Of a stretch of DNA of 64,000 bases, positions 56,702 to 64,000 are shown piece after piece. The translations under genes and the position numbers were made by a program. The notes beneath the pieces were generated by a model. That model ran no database searches, was not told the DNA's origin, and saw only the letters and a program-made list of their open reading frames with translations. This stretch comes from Kudoa neothunni (Eukaryota; Animalia; Cnidaria). The stretch spans positions 2,355,329-2,419,328 of the forward strand of contig OZ199838.1 of NCBI GenBank assembly GCA_964304625.1, written 5' to 3'. The stretch's first letter is position 1, and each line of letters starts with the position of its first letter.

Positions 56702-57663
56702 TACACTAATATTAACAAAAATCACTCCCAACTACATCAACTGCTCAAAAATAACGAAGGGCCGAAAAATTAACGCAACAATTTCTATACTAAACACAGA
56801 TCCTACATAGGCAACCATACCCAGTCTAATTGTAAACTAACATTAAATTACAAACTAAAAATCCTAAACCTAACATCACTCTAACTATGCCTGACCGATA
56901 ATGATATAATGACACGCAAAAGTGGGAAAGTAAGTCGGCCACAATTAAGTCGTATCGAAATTCGTATGGAGCCGGTAAGGAGACTGGGGCAAGTTAACGA
57001 ACACGTCCGGTCCAACAATTAATTACACCAACACAATATACAACAACCGAAACAGAGTCGTTTAATTATTATTACCTTTTCAAATAAGAACAGCCAACGT
57101 AATGTGAGTCACTCAAGACAAAATGAAGGTCTGCGTGAATCGTCTATCGTCGGATAAACTCGTATAGTTGTATGTAGATTTAAGATGGTGACTATTTACA
57201 CTCCCTCGCTGCGTGCGCGGAGGATGAAAGCATTACGCCCATACGTGATTTTTCTTGTATATTAATTGTTGCAGAAAAACACTAATAACCAAAAAAGATA
57301 AATAACATTTTTCCACTTTTTAATAATCAACACGATTTTTAATTGTTTTAGTTTTCCTTTTACTTTAATCTTTAATGGAACGAAAATTGAAATTATACGA
57401 GTTGGAATTTTTTTCATTTCGTCGATTTATGGAAAATGTGGTTTTATTCTAGTATCGGTCTTTTAAATTTGTTAGGCTCCTGTAAAATTCGTTGTGTTGA
57501 CTACCACCAAGTGTATTTAATTGATCCAATATTTCGGAACATAATTGTCTGTTGATTTTAAATGTTAAATGTATATGTACTGGTAAAACATTCAAGCCGA
57601 TATTTTGTGAATCAATGCCGAGGGTGTTTATAGTTGTTGAAATATATCATAGTTTTTATAAAA

Positions 57664-58080
57664 CTACCTTCCAATGCATATAGAGTTAAAATTAAAGATT
57701 TTACCTTTGCAATTGAGTGTTTGAATGGGAGAGAGTATTGATGAACAAGATACGATATGAAAAAAGAACAGGTTTTTTAAATTCCAAACTGATAATAATT
57801 TCAGATTTTGAGTCATTAATTTGATTTTATCAGCGGCAAAACTGGACAAGCGATTTATTATTACCAAAATATCATCAACATCATCAATTTTGTTCTTCAT
57901 AAGAATCAGATCATTTTTTTATAAATCGTCACCATAGATGGTCTTACAGTAATTGAGTATTGAGTTGACTTAGTGAATTAACGATGACTTTGACATAAAT
58001 TTTTTATCTTGTCATGCTCTTGTTTAATCCAGTTTTTTTCCAAATATTGAAAATACATTGGATTGGTAGAATATATTTCA
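57664..58080 (-). pseudogene. Possible highly decayed reverse-transcriptase relic (Penelope-like)
   Basis: VDDILVI resembles the RT YVDD motif, with a YFQY fragment upstream. Otherwise heavily degraded. Confidence 0.3.
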
Positions 58081-60620
58081 TTCAAAATGAAGTAAAATTT
58101 TTGATAGTTTTTTGTTAGATTTTTTAAATTATCAGATGAATAAATCGTAACCTTCTGAATTCATTACGCACAAAACTAATAAATCGCACAAAGATATATT
58201 CACACAAGTTTTTCTTGTAATTATTCTTTAATCATTCACTTTATTTCTAATACATGAAAGTTGGCGTAAAATTGTTTTTTGGAGTAAATATGATTGTAAT
58301 TTTTACGAGAAATATTATTTGACGTTAACAGCTATTATTATTTATATGAAATGGCTAATATTAGAGTAAAAGCACATATAAAGATAATGCTTTTAATCAT
58401 TGCGCACGCGCCAAGGAAGTGCAAATAGACACAATTTAAATTTAATCATCTTAATCTCTGGTGAATTTGTACGTTTTTATCTAGGAAAAATTAATATATT
58501 CGGGAAACCATGCATACTCATCATAACAGTTCGAAATTAGGACGAGTTTTTTAGAACAATTGAATGCGATAATTTGAAAACTGTAACTAATATGGTTTTC
58601 ATTTTTTTTCAAATTCTGATGCAACATTGTTAGATTTACTCAACAAATAATTTTAAATTTACTTGAGAATTTTTAATATATTCTATCGATTGACTTTGGA
58701 GTATATTTAAATCTATTACAAAACTTAATTTTGTTCGGCATGATTCGGTTCAATGATCGGGGATTATTTTCAACGAATAATAGGGTCTTGCGTTAAGTAG
58801 TGTAAAAAACAAGTTATTATCTAACTCACCGCTAAGGGAGTATATATCATCAAAAAATTCGCTGAAAGTGCTCATCTTAATTTACCCACCAGAATGGTCC
58901 AACTAGTCCAAGTTTATTGCCCAATAAAATCCCATTATTCTGCATAACCCAAATTGGCGCATAATTAAAGTAAAATCTCCGGAGAAGTATTCTTCAATGT
59001 TATAATTAAAAAAGAAACTTTTGGGTTAAAGTTCAGTTCCTCCCCCTTCCGCGACCGCCGGTTACCTGTCATCGGTACTAATCGGGTCACGTTTCATAAC
59101 ATATAAACCCAATAAAATCCAGTTTACTTTAGTTAGACGTAATTAAAAAAAATATAATATGTGTTATTTTAAATGTTAAAAAATTAAAATAAGGTGTGCA
59201 ATTTATGTGCATAACAGTATAATATGATATAAATTAATAAATGTTTTTATTAATAAATTTGAGAATTATATATAAACGAATATTTTGGATGGTGTTATAG
59301 ATATTATTGATTAATTATGGATTTTATTTTTTGAAACAAATGATAGATAACGGTATAAAATCTAAAATAAGATTACATTTTAAAGATAAATAGTAAATAT
59401 TTTGTTTATTTTACAACATGTTCTTTTTTAAAAAATGTATAAACTAAAACAATATTTCGACTCATGATATTTGTATCTTAATGTAATTTTAGTATTTTTT
59501 AGATGGATAAAAATCACATATCATGCCATTTCTTTTTTAATTGTATCCTAGTGAGACTATGTTAATGTAAAATAATCTCTTTTAACTTAATTTTCGGAAG
59601 ATTTTGTTATCTTATACAAAAATTTTAATTATTTGATAAATATGCATATAATCATTCTAAAAAAATAGGTTAACATTAATTAAAATAAACTTAACAATGC
59701 CGTATTTCACTAAAGATATTTATTATGTTTCTACTAGCCATTACTTGTTAACAATCAAAGGATCAGAATGTAACTAAAACAACCGTTTCATATTGTTTCT
59801 AAAAATCAAAATAATGGAATAAAACTTTAAGAAAGTATTCTTCAAATGTTAAACCCCCAAACGGATAAATAATAAACACGTGATTCATTAGTTGTGAGGA
59901 TATTTTGGTCGATATCATTATTCGAACAAATGTAATCTGTGTTCAAAATAAAAATCGATTGGCCGCGATATTCAAAATTTTATTGTTTCTTTTGTTTATT
60001 TCTCTCTCTCTCTATAGTACGAAAGATTGTTGATTTATTGAAACGAAAATTTACGAAACGTTATATAAGCCTACCGAATAGGATTTTGTAGGATTAACTG
60101 GCTCCATCAATCACATTTTTCTCAAAATTCTGTGGGTAGAAATTTCTTAAAGTTCGCATTGCATTATGAAATATTTTTTACTAACTATCGTAAAATAAAA
60201 ACCTTGGGCCCAAAAGACCCCAAGTTCGTTAGAGTGTGTCGTTTTTGTGTACCTTCGAGGGTTACATATGGTTTGGGGTGTAATACACCCCAAATCCATT
60301 AGAACAGGGGTTCTCAACCGTTGTTTCAAATTTACCCCCTTAACTTGGAAACCAAGTTCATATTTACTTTAAGGTTTTAATCCCATAAACTCTCGCTCAA
60401 AAGTTTCATATAGATTTAATTTTTTAGATTTTTCTAAATTAAATTATTTCTTGCTCATTCCTCCGCTCTTAGGGTTTGAAATAATTAAAAATAATAAAAA
60501 TTAATGACACTTGAATATTATTTACCATGAAAATAGTCATTGTTAGTTGTTGTAGCCTAACAAACAATAACTATTTAACGGCAGCTTTACTACCACGTTA
60601 CATTAACCTTTTATTATTAG

Positions 60621-62464
60621 TAGGGTTCCCCCAATACCAATAAAATTTCGTTTTTTAAAACCAGTGTATAATAAAGAATAGTATGTCGAATTACATTAAA
60701 ATGTATCGAGATATCTTTAAATTGGCTCTTTAAAATTATTCTTACATGTTTATAAATCTTTACGCATTTCATCATTTAATAATACAAAAAAACACATTAG
60801 GTTTGTAATATTCATTAGGTCCGTCAATAAAATATCGGTAATGGTAAAGTATGCGGCACCTAAAATACGTCCTCTCGCGCACGTTTTTTCAAATTTCTTG
60901 TTTCGCGGTTCTTGATAATAAAATAAATGAATATGAAGAGCAAAAATTCGGCTTAAAATAATAACTTTCAAGTTTTAAGAATTTTTCAACAAACATTGAA
61001 TTGGTTCTATTTCATATTATTTACCATATAAACACAAATTTTACAATATCAAATTTAATTATACATGTTTTTATAGGTTATAATCAAGAATAGTTTAAAA
61101 GTGAGAAGACAACCACGTGCTCTCAAAATATATTTTCTTAATTTTTTTAGAGTTGATTAGTTTTTTGAATAATTAATAAACATTATATTCTATATCAACA
61201 TTTAATTTCAATAGTGAAATAACTTAAGGTAGATTATAAAAAGTTATTACTTTTTAGGAGGAATTCTTACATGTGTGTTTAGTATAGCATTTGATAAACG
61301 TAAAAATGTAGCTATAAAAAAACGAAAAAATTATTAGTTTTAATTAATTATACATGTACCGACAAAAATAATAATCTTAATTAACGTATATTTACATTTG
61401 GAAATATTCAAAATTAGTATATTTTGTCGAGTTTGTTGTTAGAAAATTTTTGCATCCAAAAAAAATTATAAACCAATCAAAATATATTTTAATTTTTTTT
61501 CAATGTTTTACTCATATTTCAAGGTGAAAAAAATTAATATAATAATTTTTATAATAAAAATTGAATAAAACTAATTATAAACTAAAAAAAATCTTACTAC
61601 AATATTATATATATTTGAAATTTGCAAAAAGTTTATTTTTAATGTTTGTTGAAAAAAGAGCATTAAACTTTATGCGAGGCCAAAGGATATTAACTTGAGC
61701 AATAGAAATTAATTTTCTTGTGTTTTCTTTATCTCTATAACTTTTTCTATTTTTTATCCCATAAAAAGTTAGTCGTGCACACATTTTCCGAGTCGGTCCG
61801 AAATTCGACTTTAAAAATCCCCTGGCCCAAAAATAACGTATTAGATTGCACTTTAGGAGAGCTTAAATAATTCGGGAACTAAAATAAACATGACACTGAC
61901 CATAAATTATTTAGCGTTGATTCCGGGAAAAACAATTGTTAATTACAAACCAGGATTGATACACTCCCGCACAGGAATGATCATGATTTAAATTTCGCCA
62001 ATTACAATCGATAAAGAATGATGTTTAAAAAAAATTTAATTTGACAGCTTCTTTAAATCAATTTTAAACATAATATTTCTTTTAATGTTTTAAAGGAACG
62101 TCCCTATGCGAAATTTTCCCCAAGCAACGCTGAGCAGTTCGCGCTAGTATCTAAAAATATGGCAAACGAACAATTTGATTATCGCATTAAATATATTACT
62201 CGTGGTTTGATGTGTTTATGAATAACAAATACCAATCCCGCGATAAATATTTGTTTTACCTTACTAAATTAACTAGTTATCCATGTAATAGATATCGAAA
62301 CATTTGAGAAAATTAATTAAAATTTTACCGACCAATACTATGATCAATAAATTTTAGAGAAATAAAACTTTTTGTATTGACCAAAAATCTTAGCGTAATC
62401 TCATTAGAATACAACAAACGTCTAAAACAATTGAAATTTAAAATGTGGTATCGGTGCAACCCTA
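60621..62464 (+). mobile_element. Non-autonomous hAT-type TIR element, copy B, retaining an internal Helitron 3' terminus
   Basis: Ends TAGGGTTCCCCCAATACC and GGTATCGGTGCAACCCTA; flanks ATTATTAG and ATTAAAAC (5/8, possible decayed 8-bp TSD). Internal CCCCAAGCAACGCTGAGCAGTTCGCGCTAG-T with CTAG at 62144-62147. Confidence 0.8.
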
Positions 62465-62810
62465 ATTAAAACACAAGATAATACAACGATTGGGTAGCGT
62501 AAGGCCCCAATCATTCCATGCGAATTGATCTGTAATTATTGAATAATCGCGAGGTTCAAAAACTTTATGATAAGATCATAAATAAATAATAAATGATGAA
62601 TATTTAAAATATTCAGTTTAGCTATATATTTGATGGTTATTTTATAATATCGCGTGATTTTAAATTAAAATCGAAAAGCAAATTCAACACAAATAAAGAT
62701 GCCAACAAGTTTTAATCAGAAGTTTAATAGACATTAAATGATATGAAACAGTATGAAATCCGCATGATTTTAAATGCTCTTTTGATCCACTTATAAATTG
62801 CTTAAGGTGT

Positions 62811-63330
62811 CATTTTTGTTTCTTTCCTTTGAAAATTTTTTTACCCATCATGCTTGATCCCAACGATCCTTTAGACGTTGATGAGCGTTCGGAAGGAGCA
62901 ACCTTATTAAAAAATTATTAAACCATAAATGTGTAACATTTTTTTTACATTTTCTTCATTTAAACTGTTTTGACCAGAAGACTCATGGTCTGCTTTACTG
63001 ATGATACAAGTTTCTACTAAAAAATCAACTATTATTTTAGATCGTGGTTTCATAGTTTGATACCAGCAAGGTCAGGATTTTTCTCATAGGCTGCCCACAC
63101 CTTAAAAACATGTGTGTATTCTTTAAGATATTTGTTCGTAAATCTATCTATGTCAAGACATCTCGCCAAAGCTTGATTCTTGTAACTTAAAGTATTATAC
63201 ACTTGGCACTCATAAGCGGTTTGTTGGTCGTCAGATGCTTGAATGAATGGCATATTAAAAAATTCAATGGTTCTTTTTAGTTTAGTAGCCATACTTTGTC
63301 GATTGATCGGATTTAATTAAACTGATGAAA
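62811..63330 (-). CDS. 3' exons of an unidentified spliced gene
   Basis: GT-AG joins give ...DLRTNILKNTHMFLRCGQPMRKILTLL|KLVSFSKADHESSGQNSLNEEN|VAPSERSSTSKGSLGSSMMGKKIFKGKKQK*. Upstream exons unresolved; no family recognised. Confidence 0.45.
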
Positions 63331-63853
63331 AGATATACATTCACACTGGTGATTAATATTCCATGATAATAATTCAGCAGAAATTATTAGTCCGTATCAT
63401 TTTAATCTTAAATGGATTTTGCGTTTTCGAAATGGCGACATCTCATATTCAAAGTTTCTATTTATTTCTTTAATAGTTAATTATGTTGATTACTCGAGGC
63501 TGGATTATCTATATCTCAAAAAACATCAGAAAAAGGAAGCAACAATTATTCTTTGTCAAAACTATACACACAATACATACCAATTTGCACTGGTCAATTT
63601 GTTATTTCACAACTAATTATGGCGATATAGTTTGGTTGGAATGACCATTATAAAACGATCTGATTTCGAAATATAGCCACCGAATCAAATAGATATGGGT
63701 TTAAGATGAAATAAGAAAACAAATCTGTAATATTGAAGAAGAATATTTATTATGGAGATAATTCTTACGATCCCAAAAATTAATTATTTCGTTAGGACGA
63801 TTAAACAAACAAGAAGTTTTATTTTTTACAAGTTATAAACTAGATTAATTCAT

Positions 63854-63939
63854 TAGACTGTTGCATTATCGCCAGCGAGATCTTCTCCGCTAACGCGTAG
63901 GCACCATAATGAGCCGCACGTAACACCTTGCCTACCTTT
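63854..63939 (-). CDS. Probable terminal exon of a gene entering from beyond the window
   Basis: CTAAT branch-like site and CAG acceptor, then a GC-richer frame KGRQGVTCGSLWCLRVSGEDLAGDNATV*, followed by AATAAA downstream. Alternative frames are possible. Confidence 0.4.
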
Positions 63940-64000
63940 CTGATGTAAATTAGTTTCTGGAATAAGCCAATTAAATATCCTCGTTTCGAGGTAACCACAC

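Noticed and set aside
63050-63292. 80-aa ORF as a complete single-exon gene
   Set aside because: It appears to run through probable introns; a spliced reading in another frame links better to the downstream exons.

Overview
AT-rich eukaryotic (animal-type) genomic DNA with compact genes, mostly 40-70 nt GT-AG introns, and intergenic space full of decayed DNA transposons. The compact, divergent genes suggest a reduced parasitic metazoan such as a myxozoan cnidarian, but this is inference only. Spliced genes reconstructed by eye: shugoshin (-), a STAR/KH RNA-binding protein (+), IER3IP1/Yos1 (+), NAA50 (+), ASCC3 (-), MRE11 (-), a reduced NUFIP1/Rsa1 (+), a BRWD/PHIP WD40-bromodomain gene (-), DNAJC21 (-), a C2H2 zinc-finger gene (-) with a 1-nt frameshift, and unidentified exons at the right edge. 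Mobile DNA includes MULE, hAT, pogo and piggyBac transposase relics, a hAT MITE with an 8-bp TSD, a Helitron carrying a clean 381-bp solo LTR, and two inverted ~1.85-kb copies of a hAT-type element that carries the 3' part of the same Helitron family. Main leads: (1) the hAT/Helitron composite element, (2) a shared GCGCA-type motif close upstream of most gene starts, (3) a candidate poison-acceptor/structured-RNA autoregulatory intron in the STAR gene, (4) a homology-supported GC-AG intron in NAA50, (5) a 90-bp MRE11-ASCC3 spacer, and (6) the zinc-finger frameshift. No rRNA, tRNA or CRISPR array was seen. No clearly new biological system can be demonstrated from sequence alone.
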